The translations under genes were made by a program, and so were the position numbers. Under the pieces are notes generated by a model. That model had not been told where the DNA came from, ran no database searches, and was given only the letters and a program-made list of their open reading frames with translations. Source: Rhynchobatus australiae (taxonomy: Eukaryota). Taken from it: a DNA stretch of 64,000 nucleotides. Below are positions 26,401-38,799 of this stretch, piece after piece. Each line of letters opens with the position of its first letter. The first letter of the stretch is position 1. The DNA is taken from positions 80,597,451 to 80,661,450 of the forward strand of contig JAUZTB010000135.1 of assembly GCA_034780895.1 (NCBI GenBank), given 5' to 3'.

Positions 26401-28024
26401 TTATCATTAAAGGTTTCTTTCTTTTGAAGAGCAAAGCTGTGACAAATGGAGCTACATATTCTCAGTTCTGATCAATTGCAGACTTGGTGATGCCATGTGA
26501 TCATTTTGATAGTTTTGTAGAATCTACTTTTAAAATGTACTATCATTTTAAAATTCTTACTTGCATTGTACTTGGGTCAGTGCAATTAAGTGTTAAATAT
26601 GCCATTTAGGCAAGTTAGAATGGATACCTTGCCCAAATGTCCTGTTTTTGCTGTAAATATTTGCAAATGCTTGGTTTGAGCAGTGATGGAAGTAGGTTGA
26701 TCTATTTATGGAGCTTTGGATGCATATCAACTTGGTAGTATGGGGCTTGAATTATTGATTTCAAGTTCTTTAATTTTACTTGAATGACAAAAATACTTTT
26801 GAAACTGCCATGCATTTCCAAAGTGACCTCATTGCTGGCAGTGGGAATTGGTCAGAGGGAGCACAGTGCAGTTTTAGAACGTGTCCAAGGACAATGTGCT
26901 GCCTTGCTAGAAAATTTAAGAACTTGTGTTTATCTCAATGGACCTCAAGCTTGTGCCCCACCCTTGACGATCAACTTTGCATCTTGCATGAAGGCAGGCT
27001 TGTTACCAAAGACCACCCTTGCATTGCCTGGAGTCTCTGTAGATGTTCCTTGACTTCCAGGGCTGACAATGAACATTCTTCAACATACTGTATTCCCTTG
27101 AGCAACCTGAACGTTCCATTATGCAACATGGGATCCTTGTTCATAGAAATTAAAATTCATTGTCATATTACATTCAGGTTCCTGTTGGAGAAAGATGCCT
27201 TTTTGAACCTTGAACATGTTCTTGCCTACTTGTTTCTCTGTTCCTAATTAATATCTTAGATGTTGTTGATGTGTCAAAGGCAGGCTTGGATTTGCACTGC
27301 AGTTTTTTGAAAAGGCTAGTATCTTTCTCCTGCTACATCTGACAGAAGAATGGGTTGTTGTCTTTTGGTTCAGTTGAGTTGCTTCTCTATCAATTGCTGT
27401 CCAAACCGTCNNNNNNNNNNNNNNNNNNNNNNNNNNNNNNNNNNNNNNNNNNNNNNNNNNNNNNNNNNNNNNNNNNNNNNNNNNNNNNNNNNNNNNNNNN
27501 NNNNNNNNNNNNNNNNNNNNNNNNNNNNNNNNNNNNNNNNNNNNNNNNNNNNNNNNNNNNNNNNNNNNNNNNNNNNNNNNNNNNNNNNNNNNNNNNNNNN
27601 NNNNNNNNNNNNNNNNNNNNNNNNNNNNNNNNNNNNNNNNNNNNNNNNNNNNNNNNNNNNNNNNNNNNNNNNNNNNNNNNNNNNNNNNNNNNNNNNNNNN
27701 NNNNNNNNNNNNNNNNNNNNNNNNNNNNNNNNNNNNNNNNNNNNNNNNNNNNNNNNNNNNNNNNNNNNNNNNNNNNNNNNNNNNNNNNNNNNNNNNNNNN
27801 NNNNNNNNNNNNNNNNNNNNNNNNNNNNNNNNNNNNNNNNNNNNNNNNNNNNNNNNNNAATGCCTTTTTGGAATACTAAATCTAGATGGTGGCATTTGTA
27901 TCTTAAACACTTCTGTACTGAACTTTGATTTGCCGATTAGCTGTAATTTTAAACATTTGAACAGTTTGAGTACAAGAGGAATGTTGCTGCTTTGATGATA
28001 TGAATGTACCTTTTTCCATTTTAG

Positions 28025-28148
28025 CATTATGCCATGGGAAGCTGTCGTGTGCATGTACCGTTTTTTGGGTGCAGACAAGTGCATGTATCCATTTATTGCG
28101 GAGAGAAAACAGGCTTTGAACAACAATGAAGCCAAAAACGAAATCTAA
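28025..28148 (+). CDS. RDH10: Retinol dehydrogenase 10, terminal coding exon (exon 6)
   Basis: ttttAG acceptor; (S)[40 protein letters not shown]; TAA at 28146-28148; matches the RDH10 C-terminus. Confidence 0.96.
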
Positions 28149-30060
28149 AGCGAAACTGATCACTGCATCCATTGGGACACCTTGGAAGTGAATGCAATAT
28201 TTAGCTCGCCAACATCTCCATACAACTCAATGACAAGCATTTGCAGTGATTAGTTGGTTGAACTTATTGCAAATGGCTGTGAAACTTCAGCTTTCTATGA
28301 TCACTGTGGATAAATGGTTACTGTACCTGTGTATTAAGTCACAAGATAAATGTATTATGTATTATGCCAATCTTTTTAATTTTTCTAGTGATTAGACTTG
28401 TTAATGTCAACTGAGCAAACCAAGATTTTGATAAGTTTTAACATTTTACCTACTCATCAATGCCATTGTGTGTTTGATGTTAGAGCTGTATTGTACATTG
28501 TGTTGAACTAGAGATTGGATAAAAAGTACTTTAGAATATTCCACTTATAACTTTTTAAATAGTAAATGCACTGTAATTGACAACTTTTCTTGGCCCACCT
28601 GGAGTACTTCTGTAAATCCTTGATTATACCAATTATAGCATTGTTACTTGTAAAGCACTGCAAATTTTTCCCAATTAATTTTGCAGAGCAAATATGATCC
28701 TGTTCAGCACAAGGAACACTTTTTTAGGAAAATCTTATTGGTGTGCCTTTTATAAATCCAGTTTAATTATTGTCCTAACTTCTGTGGATTAGTGGTCCAT
28801 TTTTTTTTAAAAGCCTGAAATTTCTACCTCCTTTGTATATCTATTTGTAGAACACCTAAATTTAACATCAGAAATTATAAAAGTAATGTCTTTGTGAATC
28901 TTGTGTNNNNNNNNNNNNNNNNNNNNNNNNNNNNNNNNNNNNNNNNNNNNNNNNNNNNNNNNNNNNNNNNNNNNNNNNNNNNNNNNNNNNNNNNNNNNNN
29001 NNNNNNTGTGGAGTTTGCATGTTCTCCCTGTGACTGTGTGGGTTTCCTCCAGGTTCTCTTGTTTCCTCCTGTATCCCAAAAAGGTGTGGATTAATTGACT
29101 ACTGTAAATTGCAACAAGTATGTGAATGACTGGCAGGATCTTGGGGGGAGCTGAGGAGATTGTAGGGAGGATAAAATGGGTTAGGATAAGATTAGTGTAA
29201 AAATGAATGTTTAACATTCATTTAACATCAGAAATTATAAAAGTAATTACAAAATTATAATTATATTATTATTAGATAATTATAAAATTATTATTATAAA
29301 ATTATAAAAGTAATTATAAAATTTTACAGAAATTATAAAAGTAATGTCTTTGTGAATCTTGTGTCACTACTTTTATATGAAGACCAATGTCTGTAGTTTT
29401 TTGGTAATGTAGCTAATTGTAAAAGTTTTTAATTAAAATGTGATTGTTAGTTGCATAAATGTTGAAATGTTGTGGTGCTTGATGATTGAGGTTTTAAATT
29501 GAGTCTCATAATCAATACACTCAATCATGCACATTGGTTGGGTGATCTGCTGGTTCATTTAAGTTGGTCATTTTTCCCTCCCATCTTTAACAAAATCTAT
29601 TTAAGAGAACTTTGGTGCCCAAATGCCTTCCCTATGAAATCTGGCATTCTCCAATCCAACACTCATTAGTAGAATTTGAAGTATCTGAATTTTCTTTAAA
29701 CAAAATGGACTCTTAAATCCATTTTTTTTTTGTATCTTATTTGATATGGTTTTTACACTGCAGATTTTTAGATTACCAAATTTCCTTATTCTGTGATCCA
29801 GCATATGGATTTTTTTTTCTGTATGTGATGATAAAACCTTATGCAGGTTACTCCTTGCTACTGTTGTAGAGGAAAATACTTTCCTTTGTCACTTGTGACT
29901 CTGCCAGGACAACAAAACCTTCCTTTAGTGAATTTGGGAACTTGTTGCTCATTATGCTTTGACAGTATACCTTTAGTTGAAAACTTGGTTACAATATAAT
30001 ACATTGCCAAGAAAGGAGTAACCTTGTTCTCAGTGTTAGAACAAAAATAAGTTTGTAAAG
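28149..30060 (+). other. RDH10: Probable RDH10 3' UTR (distal end uncertain)
   Basis: AU-rich, mostly non-repeat sequence after the stop codon; ATTAAA near 29432; cleavage site not determinable from sequence. Confidence 0.45.
29007..29215 (+). mobile_element. V-SINE/HE1-like SINE, 5' part in gap
   Basis: gtggagtttgcatgttctccctgtgactgtgtgggtttcctccagg V-domain. Confidence 0.8.
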
Positions 30061-30759
30061 TCATGAAATTTGACAAGGTAGAACAATTTTGTTCAGTATT
30101 TGAGAGTGAGAATGAGGTTATGGTTTAAATGCTGGTGAAAACTCTGCACTAGTTCACTTTCAAGGTTAGTGGTTGATGCGTTTGGGAAATAGGCTATAAT
30201 TTCCAAGCAATACTTTGCTGCCCTCATTCACCACTCTACTTGCCTCAGCTCACTCCTCAACAGACCTCGCTGCAGAAGCTGTTTTGATTTGTTTTGTTCA
30301 ACCCTTCCATACATTAAATCCCAGATGTCTAGGCCAATTTTTTTTCTAAATCATCCAGCTAAGCATGTATTTCAACCCCGACCCTGCCTTCCAGGTTATG
30401 CAGCTGTTAAAATTATGAAAAATTTAAATTATCCAATCTAAAATGTACTTTTTTTAAAAAAAAGTAAACTCTAATGTACTGGTCCATCACAGCAGGTCCT
30501 TTTTAAAATGAACTGTTACTATTGCTGGTCTGTGGGTGCAAGATTAATTGTCAAATTCCCCAGTTTCACTTTGCAGTCACTGCTTGGACTATTCCAGCAG
30601 TGCATTGTTAATGTGAAAACATGCACTAATAANNNNNNNNNNNNNNNNNNNNNNNNNNNNNNNNNNNNNNNNNNNNNNNNNNNNNNNNNNNNNNNNNNNN
30701 NNNNNNNNNNNNNNNNNNNAGTGTTCCATTTAATATGGGGGGGGGGGTGCCCAGGAAGG

Positions 30760-31310
30760 AAAAGAGGGAGTGCATCTTTTGAAATGCAATCTACCTCTCC
30801 ACAGCTCCCTTGGATAGAAATTCCAGCAATTTGCCATCACCTGAAGAAATTTCCCTTTTAGTTCTAAACAGCTGACAGCTCATTCTGAGACTGTAGCTGT
30901 TGTGTCTAGTCTTTTCTGGGTGGGGAGAAAGTGAACATCAATCACTCGTGCTTGGTGTGTTCTCTCATCTAAATCCTGAATAAGCTTGGCTTCTAACCTT
31001 CAGAATCTATGATGTGCCCATCATCTAGAAATTAGTCTGGTGTGACATTGCACTCCCTCTATAGCAAGTACATCCTTCTACACTAATCCATATGTGGTCT
31101 TAACAAAACCCATAACTGCAATAGGACTTTTACTCTATACTCCAACTTCTGTAGGTATAGATGCCAGTGTTCTGTTTGCATTTCTAATTGACTGCTGTTC
31201 CTGTGTGCTAGCTTTCAGTGACTTGTAATCAATCATGCCCAGATATCACTTCTCAACCCCATGCCTGCCTTAAAGTTAACATTTCAGTTTTTATTGCATC
31301 TTCATTACTC
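30760..31310 (-). mobile_element. Degraded CR1 3' fragment
   Basis: Reverse-strand CR1 RT C-terminal remnants (tccatatgtggtcttaacaaaacc = VLLRPH). Confidence 0.5.
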
Positions 31311-34300
31311 ACATTCTCTCAAGTTTTGTCATTGGCTGTGCTGCATAAATCAGTCAGACAAAAGGAGATTGCCTGTGAAGGCCCTTTGAATGTATCTAAT
31401 CTCTCCATTCCCATGGACCTAAAATTTAGTTCCTTTATGGAATTTTCCAGTTTCCCTGTGGGATGGGAACAGGGGGTAGGGGGAGAAGAAAATCAAACAA
31501 GATCTTTCAAAACCTTTAAATATTTGGTTCCTTGAGATCAGCAACTCTTTTATTGTTTTCAATTTCAGCCTTTTTATTAACAGCATCACCAAGTAAGCTC
31601 CTTATTGGTGCCTTACTTCTGAGCTTGTTGACAGTAATATTGAGCAATGAATTGGGAACATTCTTTCCACATCCACTTTTCTAATCCTTCAGTGCGAGGC
31701 TACCTGCCCAACTTGGGGTAGCAAAACTGGCAGAGTTAAGACATTGATTTCAATAGTAGGCCAAAATGTGTTTTTTAAATTTAACTGATGCATGAGATGT
31801 AAAGGAAATGGAAAAGATGCCAACACATTATCAAACATCCTAAATCTAGCTTCTTTTTGAATTGCCTCCTGGCTCTTAAAGTTTGAGTTTAGACTTTGGA
31901 AATGGGGCCTTGCACAGATTTTCTTTTTCCCCCTTTTATGTGCAACTGCCCAAAGGGGAGAAAATCTTTGACATTTGCTTTTGCTGTCTAGTTTTTTTTG
32001 CAATGTTTAATAGTATGCCATCAGTATAATCTGGTAAGGTCCTGTGGCCAAATACATATCTTTGTATTCAATAATCCTCTTGGCCTGTCAAATGTTTCTT
32101 CAAATTGATGTCCAAAGGAAACAGCATTCTGCTCTCTCCATCTGGCAGTTCAGGATTCCATTTAACAACATGAGCAATTTATTTCTCTGGTACCTTCTGA
32201 AAGGGATCTGTTCCCACTACAATCAACCAAGATAAATACACTTCTTTTGTAAAGTTGATGGCAAAACCCCAGCAAACATTTATCAAGCAATTCAGGGCTT
32301 CCAGGTTCAATTTTCCTGATCTTTTGAAATGGCGGAACCATGTTTAGTTAATAATGATGTAACACTTGGGTTTAACAGTTTATTTCAACATAATGTAGTT
32401 GGTCAAGAAAAATTTACGCTTTTTATATTTGTTGGTTAATCTCTAGTTAAAGCTTTTTTATTTCAATTTTAACCTGCATTGAAGGAACAAAGTGGAATCC
32501 ATCAATTCAAATTTAAATCTGACAAGTGAACTTTTTCATTCTACCGTGATTGAAATAGTTTGTGTATGAATGTTGCAGCTCTAGTTTGGAGTTGCTTCTG
32601 TAATAGTCGGAATTTGTCCTGATGGCAAGATACTATATCAAAATGAATTGATAAGTGAATATTGCTGGAGTTTTCTGATTTTTCTCATTTTATTTGCTTT
32701 TCACTTAACACTGCTGTTCAGTTTTGTATTATTCTTGATGAAATTGGAGTGTGCCTGAAATATAAAGGATTGCAGCAAACCAGTTCTTTCATACTAAGTT
32801 GACCTTACCATTGAACAAAGTTTAAAATACAGCACCAACTTGCAATTAGACTTTGTGCAAAGTTGATGAGCCTTTGCACAGTAGTTATAATTAGAAATAT
32901 TGATTGAATTTTTATTAAAACAAAATTAATGGTTATACCACTTCTGAAGAGATTATAACCATTAATTTACTTAATTTGACTACTTTGCCCAAAATTGGTC
33001 TTACTTGAAGACTCTATTCCTTATTAGGCCCTCCACATCTATTACTGAAAATCTATTTTATTTAAATTCCTCATATCTTGCTAGCTTTTGGATTCCATTT
33101 TCACAGTGCATTGGACTAAATTATTGGAATCTGCTCTGGGTAAATTCATGCTGCTTATATATTTTGGAAAATGTCATTGCTATCAATGTTAATTGTATGA
33201 CTATTTATAATGAATGGTGCCTTTTGACCCAGCTTTACTCTAGCCTAAATCCTAGATGCTCATTTGTTTAAGATTTTAAAATGTATAAGGCACACCCAAA
33301 ACCAATTGAAATGAATACCACAGTTTGATATTTTTTTTCTCTCTGGTAAAAATGCATTAATGCAGCACATTATTGATAATTTTATACAATTTACTGACAA
33401 ATATTAATACATCTAACTCAATAAATCTACCTTGTAACCATTCTGGAATCCTCTGTAGCTGAATATTAGATACAGCACATGATATTGAAGTGTAAGCATG
33501 GAAATACTTAAGATTGCAAAAGACTTTCAAGATGTCATAAAGCATTTAGTCAAAGTACTGACCACAAGATCACTTTGTGCTTAAAGCCAAATTTAATTCT
33601 CCTGAACAATGAACAAGAATCAATGAGAAAAGCAAAAATTGTCTGTGGTTGCTCTAAAGTTTATTATTGGTTAACTGATTTATAGTTTGATTTTTAGATC
33701 ACTAACCTTCACTATCAAGTAAAGCGATGAATATAGGGTTTGAATTTTGTATCTATCATTAAAACAGCTACCTTAAATAGTGCAACAGTGTGTCGAGCAT
33801 TAATTATGCCATTTTACATTTAAAAGTACTTTTTGTATATTGGTGCTAGAACACTGCTTGTTTTCACTGTTCACTGGAGCAGATGAAAAATTGCTATTAT
33901 CTATATTTCTCTTCCCCAGTATTTCTTGAAACATCAATTACAATTAATCACTTGGAAAATGTATGCTTCATTTGTAACATTTTGCGGCCCATGTGAAGGG
34001 TATAACCTGTTGATCTATTTTAGGGTGATGATACTTCAGATATTTGTAGTCAGGAAAGTTTTAAGATTGTTGTAGGATCTTTTGACATCTGTTGCATTAA
34101 TCAGTTGGAATTTCTTTATCATCTTATTTGAGGAGCAATTTCTTCACATCACTTCAGTTCTGAAGTACAAACTGATAAATTTTGCCTTCTATTACACTGG
34201 AACAGGCTGAGAGAGCTCTCCGCTGATTGATGCTATGGTTTTCCACATGCTTTTGTTACCCCCCCACTCAAACTCTGCCTCTCATTAAATGACTTCTCAT

Positions 34301-34939
34301 CCCTTGCTTTCTGTTTCTGTTGCCTTTGCCCTTGTCTTGTTTCAATGTGTACATGTCTTTTTACCTTGTTCCATATAAATGTCTCCACTATAAATAAAGC
34401 CACTCTTGATATGTCAATTTCCTATCGGGAAGCTGGGTGATATTGCTTAACTCAATGGGGAACTTGGTGGCATAGTGATTCTCTGGATGAACTGTGCCAG
34501 GTAAGCGGGGGTATTAGTAGATGGGCACCTACAGCCATGTACACAACTTCCAATCAGAAAAGTTGTAAGTACTGGCAACTATGGGAATAACTGCTGGTAG
34601 GCCTTCAAATTATCTGAACAAAGGCATCAGCAATGACAGGGTAAAATTCTGCATACATTGAGCCTTGCCTATAACTTGTACTTTATTCTTGGGAGACCCA
34701 CACACCACCAATCCCACAATGGCTGTGATACTTGAGTTGCTGATTCAACCTCTGCCATTCAAGGAATAAAAGTTCAAGTTCTCTGCCACACAGTTGGTCT
34801 TGTCATCTCATACTATCAAGTGCTGTTGGGGGTTTCATTTTTCTTTCAAATGCTGTTCACTCCATTCCCAATCTATTTTAACCCATCCACCTGCACCACC
34901 CCACCCCACACAAAGTATTTTTTCTAACCTCAAGGGTGC

Positions 34940-35275
34940 ACAAAGGTCATGATATCTCTGCCCCTTGAAGATGGTAAGTTTTTGAAATGCTGCAATCCTT
35001 CTGGTGAAGGTACTCCTTCAGTGTTATAATGAATGTTGCTATTTCCAAGTTAGCATTAGTGTGTAACTTGAAGGCAGTTGTGTTCCCATGTACCTGAAAC
35101 TCTTGTCTTTGGTGGTAAAAGTCCTGGGTGTGGGAGGTGTCTGGACAAGTAACTACAGTATATTTTGTAGACTGTGCATGCTGCAGCTGTGCAGTCACTT
35201 TTGAGGGAATAAGTGCTCAACTAAGTGGTTGGGGTACCAGTTAAGCAGGCTGCTTTGTCCCTGTGTAATGTCTTC
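34940..35275 (-). mobile_element. LINE 3' fragment (CR1/L2 group)
   Basis: Parallels 37350-37720 and 20690-20945. Confidence 0.55.
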
Positions 35276-35635
35276 TGTTTGCAGTGTGAAGTCTTTCAAG
35301 AAGAAACTTCTTGACAATAAAACTTTAAGTGTAATTTTTCGCCCTTTATCAATATGTGATCCAAAATCAACAGGTTTTCCTGACTGTAATCCACCATCTT
35401 AGAAGGAAGAAGGTGCTCTTTGCTCAGGTTCACAGGATAACATTCTTAAATAAATCACAGAGCAAGAATACTATTGCTAAATTTGGTAGCAAATGTTTTG
35501 GAGTCTTGGTAATGGGTTGTATATTTTTTTATATAGGCTGCAGACCATGTAAGTTCAGGTACACCAAGATAAACTACATCACATTGCACAAAAGCACACC
35601 TGTTTTGCTTAAATTTGATATTATTTCTGTGCATA

Positions 35636-35926
35636 AGATGTCTTTATTAGTCACATGGACATTGAAACACAGTGAAATGCATTTTTTGTGTAGTGTGCAC
35701 CGGGGGCAGCCTGCAAGTGTTGCCACACTTCTGGCACCAACATAGCATGCCCACCACTTCCTAACCCGTACGTCTTTGGAATGTGATAGGAAACTGGAGC
35801 ACTCAGAGGAAACCCACACAGACACGGGGAAAATGTACAACCTCCTTACAGTCAGTGGCCAGAATTGAACCTGGGTCGCTGGTGCTGTTAAGCATTATGC
35901 TAACAGCTATACTACTGTGCCTGCCC
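35636..35926 (-). mobile_element. Near full-length tRNA-derived V-SINE
   Basis: On -: A-box-like GGCACAGTAGTATAGCTGTTAG, B-box GGTTCAATTC, V-domain and tail catgtgactaataaag. Confidence 0.85.
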
Positions 35927-36874
35927 TTATTTCAGTGCCTTGCTAGAATTTGAAATTGTATATATAGCAATCAATACATTGCCTTCATTACACAAGGAGT
36001 GATCTTTTTCCTTGTGAAATTTTATCCACAGTGGTTTGGAAGATGAAAGGTAACAAATTAACTGCTTTATGGGGTTTGGTGTAAGAGTAGACTTCCCTGT
36101 GCATATCAATGGTGAAACAGTATTGCTACTCTTATTAACATTTATCTTGTACATAAGCAGAACTAAATTTAATTTTGTATTCATCTTGCTCCAGCCAGCT
36201 TGGCATAATGGGTTTGTGATGTCATTATTAACCACAGAGCCTGACTGTGTGTTAGCTGCTTTTGGAACCACCAGAAACAACATGGTACAATCACTGTGCC
36301 ACTGAGCTGAGGGGCTAGGTACCTTCCATAGCTTGCCCCTTTGTTCTATACCTGTTGGAACTGTGCATCCAGTGCAATCATTTAAATTGGATTACTGTCC
36401 TCTAAGGACAGTATGTGGTTTGATTGTTTTTTTTCCTTGGAAGTTTTGATTTAAATGTTTTAACATTTTTTAAAAAGGAATTCAATAAATAAACAAACAC
36501 TGTTTGTTACTTCAATAAATAATGTTTCAGTTGTTTTTAAATGTGTCAGGATGGTTCAGGATCCTCTGTCTTAACCCTGGTTGCCAATTACAAACTGATC
36601 TGTTTTGCAGCAGCAGTGAGGTTATGAAGAATCCAGCTCAATTGGGTCTGTGAAACTGCTGACTGTTCAGTTGTTGGAGTTGCATGGTGGGACAAGCAAG
36701 ATGTGGACCAGGTTGAGGATGATCCTACTCAATATTTTGATTCTGTAATAGGTAGAGTCACACATTGGCTTTTGTATCTTTTCACATGTTTCAATTGTTA
36801 TAAACCTTGGAGAATTTCTCCCACATTCATCTTCATTTAGACTGTATTTTGTCTTGGAAGTGTGTTGCTGACAT

Positions 36875-36985
36875 TCTGTGGGAGGAACCTGGAGGAAACT
36901 CGTGCAGACATGGAGAACATACAAACAGCAGCTAAAATTGAACCAGGGTCACTGGCGCTGTAAGAGCATTATGCTCATTCACCTC
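36875..36985 (-). mobile_element. Partial V-SINE
   Basis: tgtgggaggaacctggaggaaactc...aattgaaccagggtcactggcgctgtaag. Confidence 0.6.
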
Positions 36986-37344
36986 AACTTCCATGTAATG
37001 AAATTTAAAGTAAGCATCCCATCTTACCATCAATTTGGACTGCAACCTGGACACTGGCAATAATGACCCTTGTGTGGACATCTTTGATAGCCTTTTTCAA
37101 TTTGCCCTGCTATTCTGGCTGATTGCAATTGCATCCTCCAATAACAGGGTCATCTATACATATTCTTGTTAGATGCAATCTCTCCACCATGCTATGGTTG
37201 TGTACAACATGAGCTATTATGGTTGGATGCAGCTCTTTTGCATTTAATATCACTATATCTGTGACAATTGATATCTCATAGGCATGCTGAGTAACTTTGG
37301 AGCTGTCCATCGGCCAATCCATATGCTAACTTATTTTTGGGTCA

Positions 37345-38760
37345 TGCATATTACCGGAAGGGCTAATGTTTACTGTCAATCCCTAATTGCTCTGGTAATG
37401 AGTGCTTTTTGGCCCACCACAGTCCTTCCAATAAAGATGCTTCCACACAATGTTTTTGGGGAGGAATGATTTGGACCCAACAATGATGAAGGAATGGCAA
37501 TATGTTTCCAAGTTGGGTTGGTGTGGAAGTTGGAGCAGAATTTGGTAGTGGGCTTATTCTCATGTGCTTGAAGCCCTCATCATCCTCTGTAGTAGAGGTT
37601 TGGGAGATTGTCAGAGTAGGCTTGGTGAGTAGCTCCATTGGGTGCTAATGATGGGAATGATGTTCATGGTGATCAGTGGGGTACAAATCCAGGAGGTTGC
37701 TTTGTCCTGGATGGTGTTAAGCTGCTTAAATGTTATTGGAGCAGCATCTATTGAGGCGCATGGAGGATATTCCATGGAATATCCTCCATTTGCCTCAACG
37801 GATGCCTAGTAGATAGTGGGAAGACTTTGGGATGTCAGGAGGTGGGTCACTCACTACAGGATACCCCAATTCTGACATCTTTTCATAGCCATTATATTTA
37901 CTTGGCTAGTCCAATTGAGTTCTGGTCAATGATGAACCCCAGGATATTAATGGTGGGGGACTCAGTTGTGGTAATGTGATTGCATGTCAAGTTTAGGTTG
38001 TTGTGCTTTCTTACAGGAAGTGGTTATGGCCAGGCAATTTTATGCCATGAATATTAATTACCACCTATCAGTCCATACCTGAATGATGTAGAGGTCTTGA
38101 TGTTTTCAGGCAGATGTGGAATGCTTCCTTTGCTGAATAAGATTGAACATTGTCAGCCATCAGTGAACATCCATTCTTTCTGACCTTGTGAGGGAAGGAA
38201 TGTCATTGATGAAGCAGCTGAAGATGTTGTGCCTAGAAAAACTACCATGAGGAACTTGTGCAGTGATGATATGGAACGGGATAGTTGAGCTCTAGCATCA
38301 TAAATCTTGGCTTCTTCCAGAAATACCAATGCTGGGCCCTGCCATTGGTTAGGATGGGGATGGTTTTGGAAAATCCTCCTCTCATTAGTGTTAATTGTCC
38401 ACTATTCACTACTGGAGATGACAAGATTGCAGTCCTTTGCTCTTATCTATTTCTTCTGAGATTGCTTAGCTCTAGCTATTGCTTATTGTTTTTGCTGTCA
38501 GTTTCACCAAGTTGACATCATTTCTAGGTATAGCTGGTTCGACTGTGGACATCTCTTTGGCACTAATTGAATCAAGGTTGATAACCTGGCTTGATGGTGA
38601 TGACAGTAAAGGATATGGCAGGTCATGATGTTCCATTAATTATGCATTGCTACCACTATTGCTGATGTTCCACGTACCTTACAGCTGGCAGCTCAAACAA
38701 GGGCATTTGTGTTCTGAGATAATCCTATTTACCATGACTGTAGTACGAAGGATATCCTCA
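37345..38760 (-). mobile_element. Decayed LINE (CR1/L2 group) ORF2 3' part
   Basis: Long family-like stretch; reverse strand shows RT remnants (cttcagctgcttcatcaatgacattccttcc...atgttcactgatg = FSCFINDIPS...MFTD). Confidence 0.65.
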
Positions 38761-38799
38761 GCATATCTCCAATGCACCTGAAGCCCCAGTCATTGTTGC

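Noticed and set aside
27248-28135. Long ORFs of 174-295 aa in the ORF track
   Set aside because: Artefacts of translation through an N gap; the real coding sequence here is the RDH10 terminal exon on +
29221-29345. CRISPR-like or regular tandem array
   Set aside because: Irregular low-complexity AT units without unique spacers, in a eukaryotic context
35860-35926. tRNA-like A/B boxes
   Set aside because: SINE head; no complete cloverleaf seen
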